The notes: generated by a model from the letters alone, not told the origin. 63,873 bases of DNA, filler included, from Bonamia ostreae (GCA_040357525.1; 43 parts of 43 records of this genome joined end to end with filler, not necessarily neighbours in it); one strand, 5' to 3'. Shown: positions 12,589 through 25,409, counted from the first letter of the whole stretch. A program made the numbers and translations.

Positions 12589-12832
12589 TATTTTTGATTG
12601 TGGCTCAAATTTTATGCAAAAGCTATTTGTTTTTATGTTTGAAAATGACTAAATTTTAAAACATTTTTAGCAATTTTTGGTTATTTTTGCAAACACAAAT
12701 CATCAAATTTCATTAAAAAGATATCAAAATTTGTATATTAATATTATTTAACATATCAAATAAGCTTAAACATTTAAAGCTTTAAAAAATAAATAAAAAT
12801 TATATTAAAAAACATTAATTTTAATATAAAAA

Positions 12833-13302
12833 ATGTCGAATAAATTAATAACAAATGTACAAGAGTCCAAAACTAATCAAAGAAAATATCGAAAAATGGC
12901 CGAATGCAAAAAATGTGAAAAAGAGATTAAGTTGACAGAATGTCTATTTTCTTTATGTGAAAATTGCTGTTATTTAAAAGGAAGTCCTTGTTCGAAACAC
13001 AAAGTCAAAAAGTACAACCAGAAAAAAGTGCAAAATATCGCAAAATTTTATGAAAATGACGAAGATTTTAGTTTCAAATTTTAACAAAAGTGAAAAGTTT
13101 AGTTGGAAACAAATATCGAGCCAGAATTCAATCAAATTTTGAGCACGGCCAATTTTTGACGGCGAGCGTTGACGGAATCAACTTGAACGGAATGATATTT
13201 AACAAACTCGTTTAAAATTCCAAAATTTAGGAATGTGTTAATGTGAATCCTCAAAGTTCTGCAGAGTTTGATCACTTTGAATTAAAATTTGGGACTAAAT
13301 AA
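12833..13302 (+). CDS. SHI/STY (SRS)-like zinc-finger protein, complete
   Basis: Introns 13071-13090 (20 nt) and 13210-13230 (21 nt). C-x2-C-x8-C-x4-C-x2-CC-x6-C-x2-H, then LVGNKYRARIQSNFEHGQFLTASVDGINLNGMIF; ends TAA. Confidence 0.65.
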
Positions 13303-16300
13303 TTAAATTTGTGTGTAAACTTTTTTTTTACTATTTTTTATTAATATAGATTATTTTTTTTTTTTTATAATNNNNNNNNNNNNNNNNNNNNNNNNNNNNN
13401 NNNNNNNNNNNNNNNTTAATTAATTAANNNNNNNNNNNNNNNNNNNNNNNNNNNNNNNNNNNNNNNNNNNNTGGGATCAGGTGCCTAGAAGGAATAGGCA
13501 TCTCATGTTAACTCATTCTGACCCCAACTAGTTCAGTCTGTTATATAACCAAAATAAATGACATTTTTGTTTCCAATATTTCCTGTTTTCATTGTCTTTA
13601 TCAAGCACTAAGCAAAGACTTGACATATTAATTAAGGGACACAAATGGATATTTCATTTGTAAATTACATTGATTGTTCTATAAACATAGTATTCGCTTC
13701 GCAACCTGATGTTATATGTCCAATTCTCACTTCCGGTGACGCGTCCAACATATTACGTCTGCGGAAAATATTAATGACTATTTCACTTTGGTCTTACGAT
13801 GCTTCCACAGAGCCTTTCATATGGCTGCATCTAAATACTTTAAGCCCGTAAGCGTATCAAATAATGTATGACAGATCCCCATACATATATTTCTTGGAAG
13901 ACGTCCCCTGCACGATTTTTAAGGACATTAGAGAAATTATTTCGGGATGTTGCACGGGAGTTGTGCGGTCTCCGTACGATTACGATTTCCACGGTAGACT
14001 TGTGGATATTTCACGGAAAATGCCTTACAAAGGTAAGTTATTTCAATTATCTCCGCACCTTCATCGTTTGTTTCGACCTCTCCCCAAGAGTATGTGCAAG
14101 AAATGTCACGAAAGTTGCACACAATATCACTATCAAATCATTTTAAGATGATCTAAAATCGCATAGAAATGTAAACTAGGATCACCAAGCATTCGACTTT
14201 AAATGTAAAATCCAGGAGTCTTTTAAATATTACCTTTGAAAAGGAGCTCCCGTGTCAGAAGAGAACGTCAGCACAGTATCTGGCCATCACTTTTAAGAGT
14301 GTGAGCGTCATTCATGGGTCAAAATGTGTGGCACGTCACTTAAATCTAGTAATGCGTCTACAGGGATGAAGCATTCTCGAATGAAACGTAAAACAATAAG
14401 ACTTAAAAAATAAAACATAAACGATAAGAGAATTTATAGAGTTTGTTTCAGGTAGTACGAAGGGTTGTCCTAAAATTCCGTGGACAACCGCCGTTTTCAA
14501 TTAATCTAATGCCACTGGAAAATGAAACTTACCACATGACGAACAATTCAAATGAATTGTGTAAAAATTTTAAATATTGATTGACATTAAATACGAGAAT
14601 TTAAGGTAGGTGTGTTTCAAATTGAAAAAAAAAGAACATGAATCGGTGCAATGTCAAAAAAAGATATTGGGAATTGAAATAATTCAAATGGAATTATAAT
14701 CGCCAAAAAATGTTTATTTAATATGTGAAAATATATTCTCCTGTAGGAATTTTCTTAGATATGCATTTATATGTCCGTCTGTCAGAAAACCCTGTGATTG
14801 CTTTTACTGCTGTATAGCTTTTCGGATAGACATCAAACTTTGTGCACTGCTTCATTGTCATTTGTNNNNNNNNNNNNNNNNNNNNNNNNNNNNNNNNNNN
14901 NNNNNNNNNTTAATTAATTAANNNNNNNNNNNNNNNNNNNNNNNNNNNNNNNNNNNNNNNNNNNNGACCCATTGGCCTCTTGTTTGAGAATGATATTACA
15001 AGTTGTCACGTATTTTTTTCTCGTTGTTGGATACTTTCACCCTAAAGTATGTGGTATTTACTACTACAGGAAAAATGTTTTTTGTGTATCCTATTTCGTT
15101 CAAGTATTTTACTTGACATTGCAATAAGATAGAATAAAACAATTACTTTGAAATGATTGAAGGTATATAAACTTTATATCTATAAAATATGCTTCAAAAT
15201 ACATGTATACGAATAGTGAAGGCATGACCATCAGTAAGGTCTGTGAATTTTCAATAAAATCAAGCTCTTCACAAGGACATCAAAATCAACATTTGTGGTA
15301 TCGTTAAGAATCACGGTGCAACTTGGTTGTTACCCTCGAATTGATAAAAACGACGTTAAACTGGGATTAGTACGTCACAAACATAACATTTTGCCGCCAT
15401 TTTCACATAAAATAGCTGTTATGCGCGCTGTTTTTCATCTAGTAAATATCGCGCGCATGTTTGGACAAACTTCAAATTAAAACCGTAGATTAATTTTTTT
15501 CAGTAAATATATGTCGAAAGCTGTGTTCTTTTTTTGAGAGAGAAAGAGAAACATTAAAAAAATAATCCTGCATTCAAAATTTAGTAGAATTGAGAAAACG
15601 TAAAATTGTAAGCCTTATTTTACAAAAAAAACAAAAAACAAAACAAACAAAAAAAACACACACACACACACACCGAAGAAATGTTTTACTGGTATAGCGT
15701 AAGGAAGTATTAATCATCTAAAGTATATTTGGCTTCTATAAAAATCAGCACAAATGGGAACTTATCTAAATTAGCATTGATAAGATCATTTCATACAGAA
15801 AAGTGTTCTAGGTGTTGTGGAATTAACTGATTTTTTTTTTAAATTGCTAAAATATTATCAGTGCATATATTCTGCTTCAAATTTGAAATAAATGATATTA
15901 AGATAAAGAAAAGAAAATGTACGGCATTCAAATATCAAAATAGATTGCAATGTTCTACCACATTCTAGTAGCTTGAGTGTACACGTTAAAGTAATACTTT
16001 TGTGAGATGAAAATGTTGAAGAGATGCCCTCTACTTATAGAACCTGATAATTATCTCATTGCAGATGCCGTAAAACTATTCCAGGGCATTATGTGGAGCG
16101 AGTGTTTCTGCCAAAGATGTGAACGGGTATACCTTAAATTGTATTTCTGTCACTTAATGAAATCTCATACAAACATGGATTAAAATAGAAATAGCTGTGG
16201 CTACTCTGAAAAAGTATCTTAGAATGAAACGAAGTTGTAACGTAACCGTAAAAGTAGACAATAATTTGGCAGTATATAATGTAACAAATAATTGCAATAT

Positions 16301-17303
16301 TATAGTCTTGCTTTCAAGACTGAAAGTTTAACCCTCACTTTTTAATCTTTTATATATANNNNNNNNNNNNNNNNNNNNNNNNNNNNNNNNNNNNNNNNNN
16401 NNTTAATTAATTAANNNNNNNNNNNNNNNNNNNNNNNNNNNNNNNNNNNNNNNNNNNNGTAATCACTTAAACATTTAGGTTGTAAGGGAGAAAATGTTTC
16501 ATTAAACGAAAATGATGGTGTAACGTGAATGACATTCAATGAAAGTCCCTTACCATGAAATAATAGACAGACCATCACCTAGTGGATAAGATTTGTATCA
16601 TGTGACAAATTCAACTGATGTGACAAATTACATGGACATGAACATAGCATACCGATGGTTTGAAGGAAGAAAAATATGAAGAATGCTTCTATACATTTTC
16701 CAATACCTTAAGAATTTACATCTATATTTAATAATGATTTGATAAACATGATTTTAAAAGCTATTAATTATAGGAATACTACTGATATGAAAGACTTGTT
16801 CCATTAGAAATAAAAGAGAGTTGCCTTACAATGGTGGAATTCGTTGCATCAATCAAAAACCGTAACCTAGTTGCAGCAAACAATAAAACTTACGAGAAAT
16901 ATTTATCAGATATGTGTAGGATGTGCATGGGCAGTGTGCCAATGCTTTTTTACGATCTGTACAAATGGAAAGATTGACATGGCATTGAAGAGAGACATAC
17001 GAAACTTTAAAAATGAAAATAGCGGAATCCATTGTAGCTGACCAAGGTGTGTTATCATGATCGTTGAATACCAAAGTACTTCCACGAATACACATTCCAT
17101 TAGTCGATTTCTTTTTCTTCAGGATATAGTCTACAGTTGCGATATCTAAACTATTACAATTTCTGTTATATTTTTGAAGGATATGTTATGTCTTTAGGAT
17201 ATAACACAGTACCTGAATATTTTCTGTGAATGTGTATTTCTTATATAATGAGTAAGGTCGATACATTTCTAGAATTTTTAAATAAATGTATGATTTGTTT
17301 CAG

Positions 17304-17385
17304 GTTGTGGAACAGGCTTTTACGGCGAAGGCTGCACTAGGTGTCCAGGAAATTGCTTGAACAACTTCTGCCATCTACAAACCGG
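17304..17385 (+). CDS. Host-type exon, MEGF10/laminin-EGF-like repeat
   Basis: TTGTTTCAG acceptor; CGTGFYGEGCTRCPGNCLNNFCHLQTG. Confidence 0.75.
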
Positions 17386-17950
17386 NNNNNNNNNNAAATG
17401 TGTGAATCAGGTTTATCGCATACAATTCAAATTTCATGTAATACCATACTATCTTTCTTTCTATCTCTCTCTCACTTACCCTCTTTTCTATCTCTCTCAG
17501 ATGAATGGAAATGTTTCTTAGGCCAGTCACCCTGTAGAACAGCAATCTGCAGTCTAGTGATTTCACTTGCATACATATTAAGTATGGCAAAATATGGAAT
17601 TCAAAGTGGTCGAAACAAGAAGCAATGTTATCTTTGGAATCTGCATTCAGGAAATAACTATTTCTGTGTTTTATGCCGATACTGTGTGTTCATGGTCGTT
17701 TCCATAACAGAATGACCGTACACAGACTGTAGTTATCATTCAAAGAAATAACCCAATTCATACGAATGTTGCTCTGCTCTAAGAACACAGCCATCCATTC
17801 CATTTAATGACGTCAAATCATGGATTGATTGATCGAATATTGTTTTACGTNNNNNNNNNNNNNNNNNNNNNNNNNNNNNNNNNNNNNNNNNNNNTTAATT
17901 AATTAANNNNNNNNNNNNNNNNNNNNNNNNNNNNNNNNNNNNNNNNNNNN

Positions 17951-19310
17951 AAAATTTAGATAAGAAAGTACAAAAACGACAAGAATGCGAGAATAGCTTC
18001 GCAATCTTTGTTAATATCCAAAAACAAAGAAAAATGCGATTATCTCGCTAAAGACGAATTCGATAAAATTTGCAAAGTCCGGAAATCGGTTTACGATTTT
18101 AAGAAATTGCGTGAAATTGGGAAATCGAAGAAAATTTGCCCTTATTACTTTTCTTTGCAGTTATTAGACATTTCGGACTTTGTTGTTTGTGATTACGAAA
18201 TTTATAGGCAATTCGGATTTTCTGACAAACGCACTTTATTTTATGACAAAAACGCTTTTGGAATGGCCATTGGAAGACAGCATTTCGTTACAAGAAATTT
18301 GCTAAAGCAATCTTTAGAAAATATTTTGATAATTCAGAAATGTCTAAAAATTAACGGTTTCCAAAATTTAGTCCACGAAAAAATATTAAAGCTATTTTCA
18401 GCAAAAATATTAATAATGATCGCGAAAAATAAAATTTTATAAAAGATTTCGAAGACGAAATTGAAATTTCAAACGTTTACGAAAAATGGCTAAATATTAA
18501 CAAAAAAGACGATTTTTATAAAAATTTTTCGAAAACGGAATATTCGATAAATTTCTTTTTATTAATAATCAATTTTCTGATCACGAGGTTTAAAAAAATT
18601 TAATTAAAGATTCGGAAAAGATTCTGAAAACAAAATCGTTCTTTCGAACAAGAAATTTGGCCAAAAAAACGAACTCCAAAATTTGCTAAAAAACGAAACG
18701 TTTTTGACAAATTCTGAAATTATCGAAATCGAAAATTTGAGAAGAAAACTAAAATATATTTTTTTGGCCAATTTTAACAAACTAAATTTTTCTTTGTTTT
18801 CGCCCATTGACGATGTTTTTGAAGAGTTCGAATGTGCGATTTTCTCCAAATTTTCAAAATTTGGTTCAAATTTGGCAAATGGAAATTTTATCGAAAATAG
18901 TTCGAATAATCAAAATTGGACCGAAAAATCAAAATTTTTATTCGAAGAATTGGAAAAAAGCGACAAAATATTAAATCTAAAATTAGTCGATTCTGACGAA
19001 AATTTTAGAAAATTTGTACAAACGGTTTTTGATGTGAGCGAATTGGTGCCAGATGGAATTATTGTTGTCGTTGAAAAGTTGAAATTATTTTAAAACGATA
19101 ATAAAACAGTTTTTACAGATTTTGCGGTTTAGCTGATTTGGTCAAAGTTGTAAGAAATGGCGAAAAAGTCTTATTTTTCGAAACTGAAGACGATTTGGAT
19201 TTTTCGGTGTCTCTAAAAATGTTTGCTCGGGCGGTTAATATTGGTCGAGGAAGCATTTTGTTTATAACAGATCGCAGAAAGTTATTGCAGAGAGTTTATC
19301 TTAGCAATGG
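17951..19310 (+). CDS. XPD/Rad3-family helicase-like protein, highly divergent, internal fragment
   Basis: VYDFKKLREIGKSKKICPYY; ELVPDGIIVV; KVLFFETED..VSLKMFARAVNIGRGSILF. Three introns. Confidence 0.75.
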
Positions 19311-19495
19311 TTATTTTTTGGTAAAATTAACTTTTAAAATTTNNNNNNNNNNNNNNNNNNNNNNNNNNNNNNNNNNNNNNNNNNNNTTAATTAATTAANN
19401 NNNNNNNNNNNNNNNNNNNNNNNNNNNNNNNNNNNNNNNNNNTTGATTAATTTTAAATATTGATATTTTAAATTTATTTATCAAAATCTTCAAAT

Positions 19496-20540
19496 TTATT
19501 TATTCAAGATTTGACTAAATTGCTCATTGCTCAAATTTTCATTCAAATTTACATTTTCATTCAAATTTTTTCCATTTTTGAGATTTTGCAATTTTAAAGT
19601 TTTTTTTCTTTTTATTTGGACAGAAACAGGGATTTGCAGTTTTTTAGTTTTTTGGGTTAATTTGGACATATTTCTTTCTTTGTAAATTCTCGTCTGAGTT
19701 CCCAGCGCTTCACATTTTTCTATTTTTATCACTTTTTCAACTTTTCCCAATTTTACTCGAAAATCGTCTTTCGGATTTTTTAAAGCTTTTTCTAGCGACA
19801 ATATATTTTTGAACGTGATGTAACAAAATGGTTTCATCCCGCCATTTTTCGATCTTTCTTGGGGTCTTCTTATTTCTTCTATTTCGCCAAACTTTACAAT
19901 TTTTCAATTTTTCAAATTTATCGAATTTTATCATTTTTAAACGAAATTTGGTTATTAAAAATTGGCATTTTAACATTTCCGAAAAGCGCTTTCAATTCTT
20001 TTTCGCAGTCTTTTTTCGGCAAATTTTTCACGAAAAGCGTTCTCTTGCTAATTTGATCATTTCTCGATCTCTGCACGTTCAAAATCCCGTTTTTAAATTT
20101 TGCCAAATTAAGCTTTTTTATCGCGTTTTCAGCCGATTCCTTTACAAATTCCATTTCAGCATTTTTTAAAATTTGCATAAAAATTAGCAAAGAACTGTGT
20201 TTTTGTACGTGACGTATCCGTATCCTTTGACAGATCCGTCATTCTTTTTTGGAATTTTTATTCTTTTGATTTTTCCGAATTGCGAAAACAATTGGCTAAT
20301 TTCCTTTTGGTAAAATTTGGAAAACTTTGTCTTTTGAACTGTGATCCAAGTTGACTACAAAAACAGTATGATCTTGTCCATTTTTGTTTAAATTCTTGTT
20401 TTCCGAATTTTGATTTTTTTGACTAATTTTATTTTCTAACATTAGAAATTTTTGTTTTTTTTCGATTTTCTTTTTTTCTTTTCTTCTGAAAATCGGTTTT
20501 CTCTTGCTGCACCAAAAGTTTTTTATTTCTGATATTCTTT
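19496..20540 (-). CDS. SART3: U4/U6 recycling factor Prp24/SART3, C-terminal RRMs
   Basis: RRM1 (TVFVVNL..KGYGYVTY), RRM2 (TLFVKNL..KPFCYITF) and the C-terminal LSm-interaction motif LSNEQFSQIL-NK-TAA. Confidence 0.8.
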
Positions 20541-20934
20541 AAAAAATTCAATTTTTATCTAAAAATATTCATAACTTAAAATTTTCTACGCAATTTTAGA
20601 TTGTCAAAATTTTGAAAAATGTTACAAAAGATTAGCACTACAGATGAATGTGCGTTAGTCAAAGAAGTTATGAGAAAAATCTGGATTACGAATATTGAAG
20701 CTCAAGAAGCATTAGCAACACTTAAAACTGCAAAAATACAAAATAAAGGAACAGAATTGCAATATTTTCTAAAAATAATCAAAATTTGTCAAAAATTAAA
20801 AAAATTGCAATATTTTCTAAAAATAGTCAAAATTNNNNNNNNNNNNNNNNNNNNNNNNNNNNNNNNNNNNNNNNNNNNTTAATTAATTAANNNNNNNNNN
20901 NNNNNNNNNNNNNNNNNNNNNNNNNNNNNNNNNN

Positions 20935-20979
20935 CCCGCAAAGGATGAAATGTAAAATGCAGAGATCTGATTAAATTTT
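20935..20979 (+). ncRNA. Probable 3' half of U6 snRNA, cut by the contig edge
   Basis: CCCGCAAAGGATGA...AGAGAT...AAATTTT resembles the U6 ISL (CCCUGC-AAGGAUGA) and the oligo-U end. Confidence 0.55.
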
Positions 20980-21009
20980 AATGGGCGAATTAAAAGTAAT
21001 AAATAAATT

Positions 21010-21170
21010 ATCACCGTCATCAGTAGATTTAACGGATGTGTGAGAAAAGCCATTAAATTTAACAGAAAGTAGCTATAAAGCTAAATTTAGTGGGAAGATC
21101 TATCAGGCTAGGCACCATTATAGTTTCTACCTGGTTGATCTGGGGGAAATTTTGGTTGAGTCAACAAAAA
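21010..21170 (+). ncRNA. Candidate structured RNA with an Sm-like site
   Basis: Hairpins 21050-21093 and 21096-21141, then AAATTTTGG (21147-21155) and a GTTGA/TCAAC inverted repeat. Confidence 0.4.
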
Positions 21171-21410
21171 TAAAAATTTTCGCATTAAGATTTTAGCGAT
21201 AACAAAGTACAAAAGATTTTTGTGTCGAAAAATTATAAATAAAAAACAACGTCGAGCCATTTTTTAAAATATTTTGATTTATAAGCAGATCATTGAAATA
21301 TTAAAACAATTTTAAAAAACAGAAGGACCAATTAAAGAGTAGATGCCGTTAGAATTTGAAATTTAAGCAATTCACTAAAGACGGAAAAATTAGCCAAAAC
21401 TCATTTAAAG

Positions 21411-22326
21411 ATGACAGTAAAAATTCTTCAAGTTGCATTTAATTTTCGAATAATCATCCTTCTTTTAACAATTGTTCTATCAACTCAAAAGGCGCTCACC
21501 AAAAAATCGAGAATCTTGTTACCGAAAAACATATCCCCAAAACACTATAACCTGTCTTTGACGCCAAACATGACCGATTTCACGTTTCTGGGGTCAGTAA
21601 AAATAGACCTCGACGTCAAAGAAGAGAGTGACAGCATTGTTTTTCATGCGCAAGATTTGGATTTCAAATCCATTCTTTTGCGGCAAAAAGGTCTAGAGAA
21701 GAAAATCGATGTCGGAAAAGTGTCCATTGACAAAAAAGTCAAATTTACAAAAATTTTGAAATTTTGATATTTAATATTAAATTATTTTCAAAAATTAAAT
21801 TTTGCAAAATTATTTTTATCCAAAATTTTGACAAGTTTAACAAAATTGAAAATACAGAAAACGACTGCCAAAATACCCGTTCGCGTCGAAAAAGGAGTGG
21901 CAAAACTGGACATAAAATACAGTGGCGAGATCAACGACCAAATGAAAGGCTTTTACAGATCCAATTACGTAAAAGACGGGAAAACAAATTTTGTCGGTTG
22001 CACTCAGTTCGAAGCGATCGACGCTCGCAGGGCTCTTCCGTGTTGGGATGAACCTTCACACAAATCCACATTCGAACTTAGCATCAAGGTCGACAAAAAA
22101 TACACAGTTTTGTCGAACACAGAACGTTTTTTTCTGAAATTTAATTTTTTCCCGAATTTGCTAATTTTATTTTTGCTAAATCTTAAATAATTTAAAAAAT
22201 ATTTTCTGATTTTTGGCTAAATATTAAAAGTGGTGTCAGAAACAGAGGGGGAGGATGGCTTAAAAGAAAGTTGTTTCGCTGTAACGCCAAAAATGAGCAC
22301 TTATTTACTCGCTTGGTTTATAGGCG
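21411..22326 (+). CDS. M1 (puromycin-sensitive/aminopeptidase N-like) aminopeptidase, 5' part
   Basis: LLPKNISPKHYNLSL; MKGFYRS; CTQFEAIDARRALPCWDEP; TPKMSTYLLAW. Introns 21738-21857 and 22126-22230. Hydrophobic N-terminus. Confidence 0.93.
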
Positions 22327-22531
22327 NNNNNNNNNNNNNNNNNNNNNNNNNNNNNNNNNNNNNNNNNNNNTTAATTAATTAANNNNNNNNNNNNNNNNNN
22401 NNNNNNNNNNNNNNNNNNNNNNNNNNTGAATTGAATAAAAAATTGTTCAAAACAGCAAAAACAATTTTCAAAACAAATGATAAATCGATATAAGAAAATT
22501 GTTCTAACAAAAACTAAAAATAGTTTCAAAA

Positions 22532-23790
22532 ATGTCAGAAATATTTTTAATATTCCTCGTTCTCAAGCTATACCTTTCAGCAACTTGTGGAATAAATCCA
22601 GATGAGTATATGGATATGAACATTGATTCTCCTACAAGAGAAGAAGGGCAATATTTGCAATTTACTTGTAAAGATGGATACTTCTTGCTTTATAAAGATC
22701 CAATTATTTGTAAAGACGGTGTGTTAACAGTTAACGGGAAACCGTTTAAGAATCCTTGTAAAGGTTTTTATATTTTGGTTATTGTTAAAATTGTCATTGT
22801 TTAAAAACAACCAAATTGTCTTTCTTCTTTAAAAATATTGTTTTCCGTTAAAATTCATTCTTCGTTAAAAATATTAAATTTTTGATTTACTCTAAAATAA
22901 AAGCAAAGTCAAATTACTGCAAAGCATTACCAAATTCAAATGTTAGAAACAACAATGTTGATATAATTGCGACATTGGCTTGTGATGATGGATATCAATA
23001 CAACAATAAAATGTTTACGGGAATTGATTTAAAATGCACGCCTGACGTTGAAAATGTAAATCAAGGAGTTTGGAAAGATGAAAATTTAATGGTTTATGGC
23101 GATGTTTGCAAACGTTTACAAACTTTTTATTTAAAAACAATTCGCGAAAATTATAAAAGCGGAAAGCAATTATTGCAGCCAGGACGTAAATTTGAATAAA
23201 AATGTGATCGCAGATTTTCCAAGTAAAAGAATAATAAACTCCATCACAAAAGTCAAATGCGCCGATTTTTATACGCCGAGATTAAATAAAATTAATTACA
23301 AAAATATTACATTTAGATGTATCAAAAATCGCAGATGGGAATATGATGGATATCAAATTATAAATCTTTTCTGTGTTCGTTTTTAAATAATTGTTTTTAA
23401 ATAATTTTCTGTGATTTTAATTTTTTTAATCAATAAATATTTAATTGAATGCACAAATTTTAATTATTAAAAAATTATTTAAAAAAAATTTTCAAAAATT
23501 TTTAATAATAAAATCAAAAAGCAAAGAAATATGTTTGCCCCGAAATAAAGATCAACCCGATAAGCGAATCAAGAATTTTGACAAGAGAGCGCTCAATTGG
23601 ATCAACCATTCGATTTGTGTGCAATCCTGGATACTCTCGCCCTCGAAATCCAGCTACCTGTGGTTCAACAGGTCAATGGTGAGGGCATCAACATTGCTAC
23701 AAAAAACCAAATATCGCAGATTGCGAACCAAAAATAATCGCCTACGCAGATAAAAAGAGTATTACTGTTTTCGAACATTTTTATATAAAT
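22532..23790 (+). CDS. Secreted multi-Sushi/CCP-domain protein with an in-frame TGA at 23680
   Basis: Signal peptide; four repeats of C..(F/L)xCxxGY..C..W..C. Phase-1 introns 22764-22903, 23114-23159 and 23379-23521. Confidence 0.8.
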
Positions 23791-25409
23791 TAAATTTTTA
23801 TTCCTCTCGTTTTCAGATNNNNNNNNNNNNNNNNNNNNNNNNNNNNNNNNNNNNNNNNNNNNTTAATTAATTAANNNNNNNNNNNNNNNNNNNNNNNNNN
23901 NNNNNNNNNNNNNNNNNNATCAAATCGTTATTTAAAAGTTGTGAGATATGATACACACCCTGAGATTAGAGCAATTGTTTTATCATGAGAATGAAAATTG
24001 ACTTATGGATTTGAAATATATTTTTATAACTTAAAGTATGAAATTTTACAAAACATGCAATACTAGTCACATGTTATGTTTCAGTGGAAATATTCAACGG
24101 AAAATTCAATTAAATGTTCTCTGTAAAACGTAAAGGTAAAAACATATCAAAAACCAACTACCATTTACTGCATAATCGCAAAATTCGTGGGAAAAAAACT
24201 GAAAATAAGAAATTGTAATTTATTTTCTCACCTTATGTTCAAGGTATACTGAGAAAAACAAACCGCATTGCCGATCAAGTCGAGTTCACGATCTCCCGTG
24301 CACAGGGGTGCATATGTTCATCTCCAAAATAATTTCAAACTCAAAGATTGCTGAAAATATATGTGATTATGACACTGATTTTGTATGTTATGACTTCAAA
24401 GTGAAAGTTATTAATTACTTGTCAACTTTCAACAACTTCAACTCTGATTGTATTTAGTTGTCAAACTCTCTTCAAAACATGAAGTAGTTTTTGATTAACA
24501 GCCGAATTATTTATACTACCCCGTATTGCGTTTAAATCGTCCCCACTTACAGTTCCTAAAAGAAAACTCAAAGCTGTTCCTACAATAAGAAACAAGGATC
24601 TTTTGTACATTGGTTTAAAGATTTAACATGTTGGAAGGTATCCAATTTCCCTTAAATTTATTATTCCATTGTCAAGACCCTTATTAGTCAGAAGAAAGTG
24701 TCTTTCATATGGTGATTTAAAATGTACATCAAAGCCATAGTGACTCGAGTTATTCCGTTAAGGTCAGTATATAGGTATCAATGAATACCTGATAAGATGT
24801 AACGTCTTTAAGGTAATCATCCAATGGCTATACGCATAGTTGAGATTTTGTGTAGCTTTTCAAAACTACATTCTCACATACATGTACCAGTAACGAATTT
24901 GGCATTCCAAACAGCAGCTTTACGATACACAGCCAGGATTTCCTACATGTACAAGAAGTTAAAAAGCTACAATTTTAAGGACTAAGTCATTCACATTTAA
25001 AACAGATGCCATGATCAATTCTTCTGACCATCACACATCAAATTACCATAATCAGCTGTTACAAAACAAGATTTGTAAGGTATAACAACTACCCACTCTA
25101 TCCAGAGTACCGCAGTGCAAGTGTAAGCTTATGTCAGCGCTGCTAATAGCTGTGATATTAGATTGCTGTGGTTGAACACCGTGACAACGATTTACTTTCT
25201 TTGTCAGTTTTGTAAACGCATCAACAGACATCGCATTGCCACTCTCTATTTCTTCATTATTACTTAAGATTGGCTCTTCTTCATTGTCTTGTTCCTCCAT
25301 CTTTGGTTGNNNNNNNNNNNNNNNNNNNNNNNNNNNNNNNNNNNNNNNNNNNNTTAATTAATTAANNNNNNNNNNNNNNNNNNNNNNNNNNNNNNNNNNN
25401 NNNNNNNNN

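Noticed and set aside
20619-20834. Plus-strand ORF upstream of Prp24
   Set aside because: Short, runs into repeat sequence and has no recognisable motif; may lie in an intron of the minus-strand gene.
21128-21140. TACCTGGTTGATC as the 5' end of 18S rRNA
   Set aside because: Only 13 nt match, with no downstream rRNA similarity; it forms one arm of a local hairpin.
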